A stretch of DNA of 64,000 bases from NCBI GenBank assembly GCA_012295275.1, contig CM022670.1:40052001-40116000 (forward strand), in the 5' to 3' direction. How positions within the stretch are numbered: the stretch's first letter is position 1; each line of letters begins with the position of its first letter. Source of the DNA: Chrysomallon squamiferum. Lineage: Eukaryota; Animalia; Mollusca. Positions 14,319 through 29,100 of this stretch are shown here, piece after piece. Made by a program: the position numbers and the translations under genes. The notes under the pieces are model-generated. The model was not told where the DNA came from, did no database searches, and saw nothing but the letters and a program-made list of their open reading frames with translations.

Positions 14319-15032
14319 AGAATATGAATGTTAAAGAAATCATAAGGAAAACAAATAGCTTTAAAAATAACTGTGTATAAAACATTACATTGCTTAATGT
14401 ATTTCACTGTGTTCCTGCTTCAACAGCATTAGACATCACTACCCTTTGCTTTAAAACTGTGTTACTTCATTTCAGACAACAGAAAAGCTTCTATTTCATT
14501 TTACGTAATAAATACCAGAACATTTACATGAAGAACCAGCTGAAATGTCCAAGTGCATGACATTATTCATTTAACGTTTTGTTTCTTTTTAATAAACTTG
14601 AAACTAACACGAAGAAATGGATGTTTTTTGCAGCTGTATGATTCAAGGTCTGTTGGGCCTATGAAAATCAATTGTAATTATCTGCTGGAGGAATTAACTT
14701 AATTACAGTTTGGGATTATGTGGCATTATAACTTTTACACTTAATGACTGTAGACAATTCTGGAAAATAACTGCAGTGGCTTGTATTGCTTAATGGTTTT
14801 TCATTAACATGCGTTTCCCCTCATGCCAGACTCATGTAATGGACTGATGGTATAAACAACAATGTTAAAATGTTTTTAAAATGATTTTGGCTAATTAAGT
14901 TTTTTTTTTTTTAAAAATTTAAATAAAATGATCCCACTCTAACAGAAATAATTACAGTAACAATCCATGTAGTTTTAATGTATTAGAATTAACTGGGTGT
15001 TTAATAGATGTCATTTATTTGCATCTACTTCA

Positions 15033-15072
<40 letters not shown>

Positions 15073-15082
15073 CAGCAGCAGT

Positions 15083-15119
<37 letters not shown>

Positions 15120-15427
15120 GCAACAGCAAAGCTGATGTATTAAAAGATAATTTGTTTTCTTGTTTTCTAGATAAATGTGGGCAACATTGGTGAAATCACC
15201 AAAATTCGGATCGCCCATGACAACACTGGTGATTTTCCTGGTTGGCTTTGTGATGAGGTAATGTCTTCTTATTTCAATGTCTGGCCATTTGTAATATTGT
15301 TCTCAACATCAAATGTAGCCAGTAAAATGAAAAACCCATAGTTCAGTAAAACAATTTCATTTCACATTACCTTAAAGTACTCATATGGATTTTGTTTTTT
15401 ATATTTATTAATACTAACCTTGAACTT

Positions 15428-15509
<82 letters not shown>

Positions 15510-18500
15510 TGTGTGTGAGGGTATATATATATATATATATTTACATACAAAATAAATGACTCATATAATTAAAATAGTGCAGGAGCAAATCTTTTGACAT
15601 GTATTACGAGTTATTACTAAGATCTATTTCTGTTTGCAGATTGTTTTGGTACAATGAAGAGTTATGTTTAGTGTTTGTTTTCAGGTGAGAATGAAAGATG
15701 TTGACAGCGGTGAAGAACTCGTGTTTCCATGCAGACGCTGGTTGTCAAGAGACGAGGATGATCACGAGATTTGTCGTGAACTTCCTGTCATCAGAAGAGG
15801 GGAGCCAACTCTTCCTGGTAGGTTTAACACAGAAATTTGTATCTTGGATCAGTGTTCAGTAACTTGGTCAACACATTTATGTTTTAATTGTTATTAATTG
15901 TCAGTATTATATTAATACTTGTACAATTATTGGTGATTAAGTCTTATTTATATGAATTTTGTGTTAATGTTAACTTCAGTAGGTTATTAAAGTCATAAGA
16001 TTTTCATATTTAATTTTGAAATAATAGTGTGAAAAAGGATATACAAAAAAGTACTTTTCTGTTCCTCTGCTAGTGTCTGTTTATACCAATTAGTCAGGAA
16101 TCCACACATACATTAGTCATTGATGTAATACATTAAGGATCCTAGGTTCAATATCTCCTCTGACAGATGGAAAAGTTTCAATTTTGGGTGTTTTTTTAAT
16201 GCTAATGTTTGTAAGAGAATGCTAACTGATGTTGAACTGTTTCTAGTTTTGAAGTACGAGGTGACAACAACTACAGGTGACGTGTGGAACGGTGGCACCA
16301 ACGCCAACGTCTACCTCACAGTGTACGGTGACCGGGGGGACACTGGTGTTAGACAGCTGTACACACCCAGAAGAAAAACCACTTTTAAGAAAGGACAGGT
16401 AATATGCTTTCACTAAAACCAGCTGAGACAACCAGAAACTCAGTCATATCATATGCTGATGTATGTTTTTTACGTTTTAACTGGCTTAGGAAATTCATGA
16501 TTTTCTAGCTTTAAGATTATTTTATCCCGTTATCTTTTGAAGGTTGCATAAACATTTTGATAAATCTTTCCAGTTTCACCTTAATTTTTAAATACTATTC
16601 GAAATAATTGTTGAATAATCATGTCTTAAAATTACTTATGAATGTAAAATATCTCCAATAATCTTTTAATAAAATTTTACTCACAAGCCAGCAGCCTACA
16701 GTTCCAGGAACATTCTGTTCAAGTCATTTGTATTTGACAGATTTTAATGATGTCATTTTTAGTATTTGTACAATTTTTAAAACGGAAAGAATTTATAAAA
16801 AAACGATTTAAAATAATGTATTGTAAGTTATGATACATCACATAATCAGTACATTTGTTATACTTCTAAAATAAAGTTTTTTTCTGCTTTCAGACTGACA
16901 TTTTCCATGTTGAAGCCGTTTCCCTGGGTCGACTGAGAAGAATAATTATTGGCCACGATGGTACTCAAGCAGGTTAGTATCTATAATTCACTTTGTATCT
17001 CAAGATTGATTTTTAACTCATGTAGGATATCTATCTTTAATATATATAATTATTGTTAATTTAGCTTTTAAGTCAATCAGTGAGTGTAGTTTTAAGTGAA
17101 AGATGATAAAAACTTTTGGAAAAAGTAGAGCTTAGAATTATAACAATTGTCTTGTAGGAGATGGCTGGTATTTAGATAAAGTTTGCATCAGAGAGCCAGG
17201 TGCTAAACCACATGAAGTGTACAACTTTTACTGTGGCAGGTATGTTTTTTTCATTTTCTAAATTATTACTAGTTTTTTATCTCTATTTTTTATTTATTAT
17301 TTTGGTGGGTTTTTCTGTTTTTAAATTTCTGTTAATAGTTATCATTCAGAAGACATTCAATCCACTTGTAATAACATTCTTTTTTCATAAAACAAGATTA
17401 TTCTTTCTCATTTGTTAATTTTTATTTTATTTCACTTTATATATTTATAAATAATTGTTTAAATTGTAAATTAATTACAATTTTTTTAAAGACATTTAGT
17501 CGTCTTGTTATTACTGTTTTTCCCTAGAGAGTTAATCACATATTTAAATTTTATGTATCATATTAACAGTAATGATTACACTGGTACCAAGAAGTCTGGT
17601 TTTGTTTATGTATCATATTAACAGTAATGATTACACTTGTACCAAGAAGTCTGGTTTTGTTTCAGGTGGCTGGACGAAGGTGAGGATGATGGTAAGATTG
17701 TCAGAGAACTCAGAGTGCAGGAGGAGTACATGGACGACCTCATGGAAAAGAGAAATGTAATAATTTTAAAATAATTATAATCGTTAATTCAGTGTTTTTG
17801 TTATAATCTGAAATCATTTCAGATTAAAAGCATGAATCAAAATATTTAATATTTTTACATTTAATTGAACCAAGCAGGTTTTCTTCATGCAGGATTGATG
17901 TAATTTAATCCACATTTATTAATAATATTGTTACCATTTGTTGGTGTTATTTCTTATTTAAGCCATACATAATCATTCGTAATTAAGTAGTAGTCTTCAG
18001 ATATTTTGTTTCATTGTTTTCGTCAAATGTAAACCATTATCTCAGTTAATTCTAATACATTAAAACTTCATGGATTGTTACTGTTATCATTTTTGTTAAA
18101 GTGGGATCATGAGAAATGGAAGTTTGACACTCGGAATGAAATCGTTCTGTTCTCACAAATCACTAACAAACCTCTTCGAATTAAACCAGATGGTACAGTG
18201 GATGCATTGGGAGACATCAAAGACACAAATGGTTTGTTTCTTTCATTTTTTTTTTTTTTTTATTCCAAAAAAACCCTTCTTACTAAGGCTTATTTAAATT
18301 TCATACTAAATTCTGGTATCATTTGTTCCCTCTTTCTCTTACTTTTAGTAACAGCCAGAAAGTCATGTGTGCTGATGTTTCTTTATTTGATCAAACAACA
18401 GTGAGACTGTTTACTTGTTGTGTTGTGTCCTTAAGATAATTAAATTGCAGTATAATTGTGGATTTGACAAGGTTGGATAAGGAAATAGATTGTATCATTA

Positions 18501-19876
18501 AAGAAACATATTAAACATCAATCAATTTTGGAATATCAGTTTCTGCATTTAGGTAACATATTGAACAATTTCTTTAAAATATTGAAAACCTTCATGACAC
18601 CTTACATGAAAAACACAATTTTTATTTCCTACATAATAAATATGGAAGTATTGAAATATATGGTTAAATACAAAAAGGTGTACTTAATTGAAAACCTTGC
18701 AATCTAGTTTGAACTGCTTGAGTATCTACAATTCCTAAGATGTTTAATACTGAAGGATGAACAACTTTGATGCAAAGTTCAACTTTGTATTCTTAATTTC
18801 AATTACTCTGATTTTGTTTTACTAGCACTGTGCTTGTTATATCTATCTTTCAGTCTATATTCTTATTTTATTTCATGCTTGCATGGTTGTTTTAGTTTTG
18901 TGCACAGCATTAAACTGAGTTTATTTTTTCACAGCTGTTTTAGTTGTTCATGCAAAGAAGGCCACAACACGAGTGTTTAGTTCCAAAGCAAATTCCTCTT
19001 TCCACCTTGCAATAGACGGAGCAAAGCTCGTGGGACATGTAAGTATTCGAAGAGGTGAAATAATGTTTAAAAGTAACTGTTGTCTCATACATATTCATTT
19101 GCTCATTAGTTGAGAAAAAAAAAAAAAAAAAATTAAAAAAAAAAAAAAAAAAAAAAAATTAAAATAAAATTAAATTAAAAATTAAAAATCAGAAATGAAA
19201 TGTTTTAGTTTCATATGGATAATACAAATATCTGGAAATTATCACAAATATTATCATCAGATCTGTATATGAATTTATAAAAAATTTTAAGGCTTTTTGA
19301 CTTGTGGATTAATATGGTTGTTAGTATCATTACTGGTAAATATTTTTTCAAAATGTGGATCATTGATGGAGTTGCCTTCAGTGCATTTCTCCACAAATAA
19401 AAAAAATTTAAAAACAAATTCCACCTCCCCCCCAAAAATAAATGACCTAACAAAAACAACAATTTAATCAAAAAAGCTTCAACAGTTTTTAGAATAAAAA
19501 TAAAATATTTTTATCTCTAATATTCACCTATTTTCAACTGTTGACAATCATAAATTTAAAAAAAGAAAAGAAAAAACAAAGAGTTGATATTATTACTGAG
19601 TAACAGTAGAGATGTAAGAAAGGTGTGTACTGTGTTTATTACCCAGGGCAAGGGTGGAGCTTTCTGTGAGTTCAGGGTCCGGGTTCAGGACAACTGGACT
19701 GTGATGCTGGAGGCAATCAGACATCCTCTGCAGTTCATCACCTTCCAAGAGAACGGAAAACCTGGAGACGTCCGTGGAATTATAGACAAAGATCCTTCCA
19801 GAACTTTCTGTGTCTACTGCAAGGTAGGTTGATTTATTTATTTATTTATTTTTTTTACCATTTTATTCTTTCATTT

Positions 19877-19907
<31 letters not shown>

Positions 19908-20017
19908 ACATATACACACACACACACACAATACAACACACACAAAAATACAAAATATGTACATTCATACATACATACATACATTCATACATACACACAA
20001 ACACAAACACACATACA

Positions 20018-20049
<32 letters not shown>

Positions 20050-20074
20050 CACACATTTACATATATACATACAT

Positions 20075-20109
<35 letters not shown>

Positions 20110-20296
20110 GGGCAGTCCAAAAGTAGGTGGACAGTAAATGATAACATTTATTTTGAGATAACATATACAATTATATTTACTCCAAAAGACTAAATTTAAA
20201 TAATTGTAGTTATAAAATTTTGAATAATAAATCACAAATGCCATAGATTATAATGACACACAATAATTTAAAACCCACATACACACACACACACAC

Positions 20297-20328
<32 letters not shown>

Positions 20329-22915
20329 GATTTTATATTTACTAATGTTTTAACCTGACTGGTGTTTTAGGGGATGTTCCGGGACAAAGGGATCATCATG
20401 TTGAGGACATCGAGTATCCAGTCAATCAGTATTGAACACGACAGGTCTCTGATAGGAACTGGGAGGTGCAACAGGGCGGCTCACTTCCGAGTGCACAAGG
20501 TCGGCTCAGGGGGCCTGTGCATGTTTGAGAGCATGATCTACCCCAAAAACTACATCCGATTCCACGAAGGCAAAGTTGACAGTTTGGTGAGCAGTTTCGG
20601 AAATATTCATAAATCAGAGAAAATATTCATAAATAGAAAAAATATTCGTAATTAAAAGTTGTTTGAGGGATGAATGAATGAATGAATTTTTTGCACTATA
20701 CGTTAATTAGTTATTCTTGATGCTTTAAATACAGATTTTTCAGTGACTGTTTATAGATTCATAGATAAAAACCTTTATGTTCAAGCTCAGTATTAAATAA
20801 ATAATATTTCTCTGTGGAATGACTGCTATAAATTCATAGATGAAAACTTTTATGTTCAAGCTCTGTATTAAATAAATAATTTTTTCTCTGTAGGATGACT
20901 GCATTTCTTTTTCTATTTTATCTGTTTCAAGTTTCTTTATTTACAATTATAATTTTTTAATACACAGATGGAATAGAAATGGAGTGGAGAGATAACAAAT
21001 TTTAAGATTGCAAATGGAGTAATAAATGTTTTTGCAGGGAAAAGGTGATCAGATGAGTCACTTTCTGGTGGAGAAGTACAAGGACAAGGGTTACGTCTGT
21101 GTTCAGTCTGCCACACAGCGAGGAATGTACATAGGACTCACTCCAGAAGGTGTCCTACGACCTACTGTGAACACTGGAGTGAAAAACATCTGGCTGTACC
21201 CAGAAGTCATTGAATGCAAGTGTTTACAACTGTCAATAAGTCTGAGTTCACGTTTGTTGGATTAGATATTTTTACTGACCGTGTGATATCTGTCATTCAT
21301 TATCAGTGACAGTTTGGGTCTCCGTTCAGTCATTTCATAAAAAAAATCTTTTGAAAACAGTTTGATTTAGTAAATGCTGATGTTCACTAGAAAAACATTT
21401 ATTATGCTGTCTGATATAAAACTTTAAATTTGTACTAAAGTTATAAAAGTTATTCAGAATTATGTTTTTATATAACCAGATGTAAACTGTGGGCATGCAT
21501 TAGGCATCATTTTTTATTTATAAAATTAGGAACAGTGAATACTTCCAGATTGTTCTGCTTTTTATTTTATTTTTGAACCTTGTATTCTTAACATTCATCT
21601 GAATGGATGAATTTTTAAATATTAACATTGTTTAATTTTAAATTTTTTTTTTTTATAGTTGGGGAATCTTCTGAACAAGAGCCAGAAACACAACTGGTGC
21701 CAGTAGAAGCTGTCACCCACCACACCCCGTCCCCCCGACGTGCTCCCACTCCTGAACCAGAATATGAAGGTAGGTGCTGTCCTGCAATTTAATTTGATTA
21801 ATGACTTATATTTTTCTACAGACGTTTGATTAAATGTATCAAACAGACTTTCGAAATGAGAAAATATTCCAGCATAAATCAAGTTAAAATGATTTAATGT
21901 GTTTTGATTAATAAATTTACAAATGATTAAATTTAAAAAAACAGCTTTTTCAAATTTGTTTTCGTATTTTTAATATTATCCCAGTGCTTCCATGTTTTCG
22001 AAAGCTTATAACTTTCACCTATAAAACAACTATTACGTATTTAATTTATTTTCAACTGTAGACGGAGACTGGAAGATCGTGGTGAGTTCTGCTGAGCGTT
22101 TGGACAATGGAGACCTGGCGATAGTTGTGTATGGAGATAAAGATTGCTCTGGACCAATCATTCTGGCTGCACCAACCAAAAATGGACCACTGTTCCAGGC
22201 TGGAAGTAATGACGAATTCAAGGTATTTGACAGGAATATGTGTTTACTAGGATGTTAATATGATTTTAAAAATAATAATATTAAAATTAAATACAATGTA
22301 AATTTTAATTTTATATTTTTTTAGGGTGGGTTTGATTCTCCATTTAACCTGTAAATAAAAAGTTAATAAGAGAGATTTAAGAAAGCCTATAACAAAATAC
22401 ACAACACAATGCATATATACATGTACATTTGAAAAGAATATCAAAAAATATATTTTGTTTTACAGTTATTTGGAATCACGATTTTATCATTTTACAATTT
22501 TATAATGTTAATTATAATGAAAATTAAATTGACTGAAGAAAGAAATAAAGAAATATACTCACTAAAAATAGCTAATGTAATAAATATGGACTTTTAAAAT
22601 ATTTTGTTTTAATATTTGAAATGTTCAGACTAACCTGGCAAAAGTTGGTCAGATCTACAAAGTGAGACTGGAACTGATTCCAAAGTCAATAACCTCAGAC
22701 CCATCATGGAAAGTGAGAGATGTGAAAATGCAAAACATGAACACAAAGGAACAGCTGAAATTCCAGTTCAATCGCTGGTTGTCACGACAACAGGAAGATG
22801 GAGAAATCATGAGAGAATTGCCAGCTGTTAGACCTGGACAGGAGGTTTTGCCAGGTAGAGACGTGTTAAAATAGATAGATGTTTGTGTCTTATCATAACA
22901 GCATCATCACTGAAG

Positions 22916-22946
<31 letters not shown>

Positions 22947-23561
22947 TTTCCTGAAACTTGATTTGTTTTTGGTTTTAAAACTGGTTTTTTATTGGGTTTT
23001 GATTTTGATTTTTTTTTTAAAAGATTTTGATGCCATGAGAATTATTATTTAACCATCTGCTTTGTTTTCTAACAAATGTCTGAGATTTAAAAATATCTTC
23101 TTATTCTCCAAATGAATATAAAAATAACAAAAAGTCTTTGCTGTTCAGTAACGACTGTCATAAAATACAGATTATTAGTTAATATATATAAATATAAAAT
23201 TTATATGCTAATTAACTGACAAATCTCTCAGTGAATCATCTCTTGACATTATTCATTGAACTGGTCTCTGTATTTTTATTTATTTTCGTTACTTTTATTG
23301 TGTGTATTTTTTAATTTCAGTTCTAACCTATGTGGTGTTGGTGACCACAGGCAACATGGCCGATGCTCAGACAACAGCTAATGTTTATCTGACAATCTAT
23401 GGAGAAAGGGGAGACACTGGTCGACGACTTCTGCTCAATTCAAATTGTTCCACCAAGTTCAAGCCAGGCCAGGTAAAGTTTTAGTTACTTTTCAGTAAGT
23501 ACTTTCATACAAGATGGCTTTAAAAAATATCAGATTAAAAAAAAAAAAAGTATGTTTATAT

Positions 23562-23617
<56 letters not shown>

Positions 23618-24301
23618 AATATATATATAATAAATAAACAAATAAAAATAAAGAAACATAGATTTTGATATGATTTATGTTAAAAGTGGACAGACAGACA
23701 AACAGATAGAGAGATAGATAGATAATAGATAAAATAGAAAAGAAAAACAGAAAAAAGAAGACAAGTAATGGTTTTGATCTGTATTTGTGTTAAGGTGGAA
23801 ACATATATATAATAGATAGACAGACAGACAGTCAGACAGAGAGAAAGACAAACAGAGAGAAAAAGAGAAGTGATGATTCTGATCTGTATTTGTGTTCAGG
23901 TGGACACATTTGAGGTTGAAGCTGTTCACCTGGGCAAGCTGACTACCTGTGAGGTGGGACATGATGGAACTGGTGCTGGGGAGGGCTGGTACCTAGACAA
24001 GATTGTCATCAGGGAAAGTGACAGTGCCAAAGAAGAATTCATATTCCCATGCGACAGGTAGCTAACTGATTTATACTGAGATGTTTCAAATAAAATAATT
24101 AAATTTGATATTTTCTGTTGTTTGTAATATTGTTTTAAATAAGATTTATTTTCTTAGTCACGTATATTTTTAAATGAATATAATTAAGAAAAAACTAAAA
24201 ATAAATTATTGGAGAGATGTTTAATTACATTTTTCTTTTATAAAACTGTTTATAATGGAGTTTTTAATTTCCCTTTTCAGTTACATCTTTTATTATTATT
24301 A

Positions 24302-24356
<55 letters not shown>

Positions 24357-26082
24357 TACTATCTGGATTTCAGAAAATGCTGCTATATTTTTTATCCACT
24401 TTTGTTTCATAAATGAGAATGACACAAATAAACAATTACATAATTACAACGAAATAACTAATTAAATGTTTTCTATACAACTTTATTTTACAGAGTCACA
24501 TATATTACTATACACAATTTTATTTTAACAGGTGGCTGGACTCCAACAAAGAAGACAGAAGAATTCAGAGAACTCTTTATGTAAAGGGTATGTGATATCC
24601 TGCATGACAGAATGACAGTATCTAACATGTTATACTTTCACTGGATTTTGTATTTGCACCAGCTGTTTAAAACTGTAACACTATAACACTGGCTTGTAAC
24701 ACTTGTGCTAACTTTTCCTAATTCTCTGGAAGGGCAATTCGGGTTTGTTAACTGCTACTAAAGTTTGATTTCATATTAATCCATTTTAATCTTTCACATT
24801 TGCAAATTCTGTAATCATGACTCCATATATATCTTTAAAAAAAATTATATATATATATATTTTTTATAATTTCAAAATTTAATTTAATATGTGTCTGTAA
24901 TTTTTATAACTGATTTATGTATATATTTTATTATTAACGGTTTAAAGATAATAATTTTTATAACTGATTTATGTATATATTTTATTATTAACGGTTTAAA
25001 GATAATATTTAACAAATGCAAATTTTATCTAATAATTTTATAATATTATATGTACTGAAATATTTTTATATCAGTGTATTTATGAAACAAAGGTACAAAA
25101 TTAATATATTTTTGTATTTTTTTTGATATTTTGTCATTTGCATGTGGTTCATTTTAAAGAATGCTTTTATAAAATGAAATATTTGAGAGCTTAAATTGAA
25201 GATAAGAAATTGCATGTCCAATTTTCACTTGCTTTATTTATTTTTGCTGATAGCTTTTAAAAACCCACAAGCATGGCTACTGTTTGACACCTGTTATCAC
25301 TCAATGCACGTTTTTAACTTAACAGACTGTGGTAGTGTTTGCACAGATAGTCAATAATTAATGCATGAATTTTTTGCCATCACATTGTATCTGGCTGTGA
25401 GAATAAATAAATAAATGTTATGTTGTCTTTATTTTAAGATTATCACAGTAGTTCTTGCCAACCATTTGATTTTTTTTATTAACTTCATTATTTATTTATT
25501 TATAATTAAAAACTATTATTAATGTTATTTATTTTATTATTATTACTACTATTATTACTATTATTATTGTCATTATGATGATGATGATGTGATAATTATA
25601 ATAATAATATTATTATTGTTATTATTATTATTTTATTAATACTACTACTATTATTATTTTAACGAATATTGTTTACAAAATTTTAATGGTGTTTAAACAT
25701 TAAACAAAATGATTTTCTTTGACTCGTTAATAGATATAAGTAACAAATAATTAAGAAAAATATATTAAATTTGTTTTTCTGCTCTTTGTTATAACTATTA
25801 TTAACTTTTTGGTGTTTTTTTTGTCATTAACACTTAAAATCTAACATTTGTCAGTTGACTGATTTTCACTTTGTTTATGAAACTGTTTTTCTGTGTTACT
25901 AGTTTATTTCATTTTGTGATGTAATCTTTGCTTTGTATCAGATTGTTATATTTTATCTTTGCTTTATATTAGATTTATTATATGTTAGAAAGTTTTGAGT
26001 ATTTTCATCTAAATATTTAAGTGTATATATATTTAAAACATAAGTATTTTCACTTTTTAAATTAAATAAAATGTTTGCTTAG

Positions 26083-26162
<80 letters not shown>

Positions 26163-29100
26163 TTATGTAGTTATTTATTAAGATAATGTAAGTTACAAAT
26201 TTGACATGTAACAAATACTAATGTTTTAAAATTATATTTTAGGGTCAATTTAATATATATATTTTAAAGTTAGAAAAGAAGATATATAATAAAAATATTT
26301 ATTTTATTTGTGAATATTATATTTATTCATGTATACTGACAAACTGACAATAAAATGTCTTAGTAAAAACTCACCTTATTTGTTTTTATTGTTTTTAGAA
26401 AATACATTCAATTTATTATTTTAAAAATGTGTATAATAATAATAATAACAACAACAAAATACACATACCATTTACTAAGCCAATAAATAAAAATTATGGA
26501 TATAAGTTTTAACTGTATGGTTCTTATGAGTTCTTTTGTATACTTGACACCAGTGTTGGTTAACAGCTGAGTATAAATATAAAATGATGTATAGAACTGT
26601 AGAACAGAAATATAAGAAAAAAAAAAAAAAAAAACGCTTATAAATTGATATACAATTATTTTCCAATTATTTTTTATTTTATTTTTTTGTCTTTATATTC
26701 TATGAATAAATGGTTGTAAATTTTCAATTTATCTTTGTATCAAGAAAAAGAACTGAAATGGCAACTAGATGTTTGTCATATTCTAATACATAAAATAGAT
26801 AAATTAAACAAAATATCTCAATATATCATATTCTTAAAAACCATTGTTATGTTTTTCACCTTATGTCACAAGAAAGAAACAAATAACAAAACAAAAAAAA
26901 CCCCCAGAAAATTCAGAGAAGCTCAAATTATTACATAGTTATGTTTGCTTTTAAATTCTCTTTCAATAAGTATTTTTTGGTGGATTTAAATAAAACATTT
27001 CTTATGATACTAAATCTTAGCAAAACCAGATATTTTATTTATTTAAAAATGATTTGCATATAAATGTAGTAACATAATTTAATTTGATTAAATCCTCTTT
27101 AATTGAAAATTATATCTCAGTTATTTATATTTGAATTATTTTACTTTACTATCTATTTACTGGATATAAATTAATTTAAAATATACTGATTAACAATTAT
27201 TTAAGTCAAATTATTTAACAATTTTTTAGTTGTGCAATTAATTTAATTTGATCAGTATTTAATTTATTTAACTGATAATATTAACTTGTTTTTGCTTCAT
27301 TCAAAATAAGCATCATTTTGTATTTAAGTCTTAATTGTTTTATTTTTTAAAATTATTTTTCTGTCTCAATTTTAGAACCAGCTCCAACAAGAATCCAAGA
27401 AGGTGAGACTTTAACAGATCAATATTTTATTTTAATTTTTTCATCACCAGTTAGGATATTAATTCATTTGGATGGTTGGCACATTTTACAAAACATTAGA
27501 ATTATAAATATTACAATTTTAGCCATTTAAACTTGAACAGTGAAGTGTTTCCATAGATTTTCTTAAAGATATTAAAACAGTATCTTTTTCATGAATTATA
27601 TAGAATATATATCTAGAAAGTCAATACATTTATAGATTTCCAAGCTGTACAGATGCAAATATGATACAAAATCTTAGCAAAACCAGATATTTTATTTATT
27701 CAAAAATGGTTTGCATATAAGATTGAACATTTTTAACACTAATATTTCTTTGTTTTTATGTCTTAAAACATTTGCAGTAACATAATTTAATACATTTAAT
27801 GTGATTAAATCCCAACTAATTGAAAACTATATCTCAGTTATCAGTTTAATATTTAATTTGTATCTGTGACTTAATTTTGTGACTTCTTATTTGTATTTGA
27901 ATTATTTCATTTTTACTCTTTATTTACTGGATGAAAATTAATTTAAGATATACTGATTAACAATTATTTAAGTCAAATTATTTAAAAATTATTTAAATTG
28001 TGCAGTTAATTTAACATCTGATCATTATTTAATTTATTTAACTGATAATATTTACTTGTTTTTGCTTCATACAAAATAAGTATCATTTTGTATTTAAGTC
28101 TTATTTGTTTTATTTTTTAAAATTATTTTTCTGTCTCAGTTTTAGAACCAGCTCCAACAAGAATCCAAGAAGGTGAGACTTTAACAGATCAATATTTTAT
28201 TTAAATTTTTTCATCTTTAGTTAGGAAATTAATTCATTTTGGAGTGTTGACACATTTTACAAACCTTTTGAAATAGAAATGATTGTAATAGTTTAGCCAT
28301 TTAAACTTGAACAGTAAAACCTTTTCATAGATTTTCTTAAAGACACTAAAACAGTTTCTTATTCATGAATTATATAGGATATATTTAGGTTTCCAAGCTT
28401 TATATATATGCCAGCTAATGCATCTATTTTTACAATATAAATTAACATTTGATAACTATTTTTAAAGCTTGTTAGCAAAAAAATTTCAGCCATTTACATA
28501 TTCTAAGAATAAAATATAATTAGCCAAGAGAATGTAATACACAGTGATGCCAGTTCAAATCTTGGATATGTCAATTCTGTTACCTGTATTAATGTAATAA
28601 AACATGACTGTAACAATACTAAAACCTGCTTTTTAGATATTTTGTGAGACATTTCTATATATTTTATTTTTATTGTTGCTACTTTACTTTTTTATTATTT
28701 ATTCATTATTAAACCAGCAATAGATTCAGAATAATAGTGTGCTTAATCATTATTTTTATCTTTTCTTCTTTCTTTTAAAAAAAAAATAAAAAAATTAGTT
28801 TTTGATATTTATTTTTATTTTTTTATTTCTTAATTTATTTTAGTTATTTGCATTTAAATCCTAATAAATAGCAGCCCAAATACAAATAGACTGCTGACTT
28901 AGTTTTACTTATTTTTTTTAACCATAGTTCCTGATGTTGTATATTTTAGCCGAAAAGCCCCAAACACCTGAGCATGTTCGTAACATTTCGCCTGCTAGCG
29001 CTTTAGCGGCCGCTGCCATTACTGCAGCTGAGGCAGAAGTTGAGGCAGAGGATGCTGCTGCTGATGATGCTGCCTCAGGTGCTAAAGATTTAGAGTAAAA

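Larger units (their letters stand above)
27003..28400. repeat. Tandem duplication of about 0.7 kb carrying the 27-nt microexon
   Basis: Copy 1 at about 27003-27645 and copy 2 at about 27660-28400. Both begin TATGATAC.AAATCTTAGCAAAACCAGATATTT and differ by many substitutions and indels. Confidence 0.9.
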
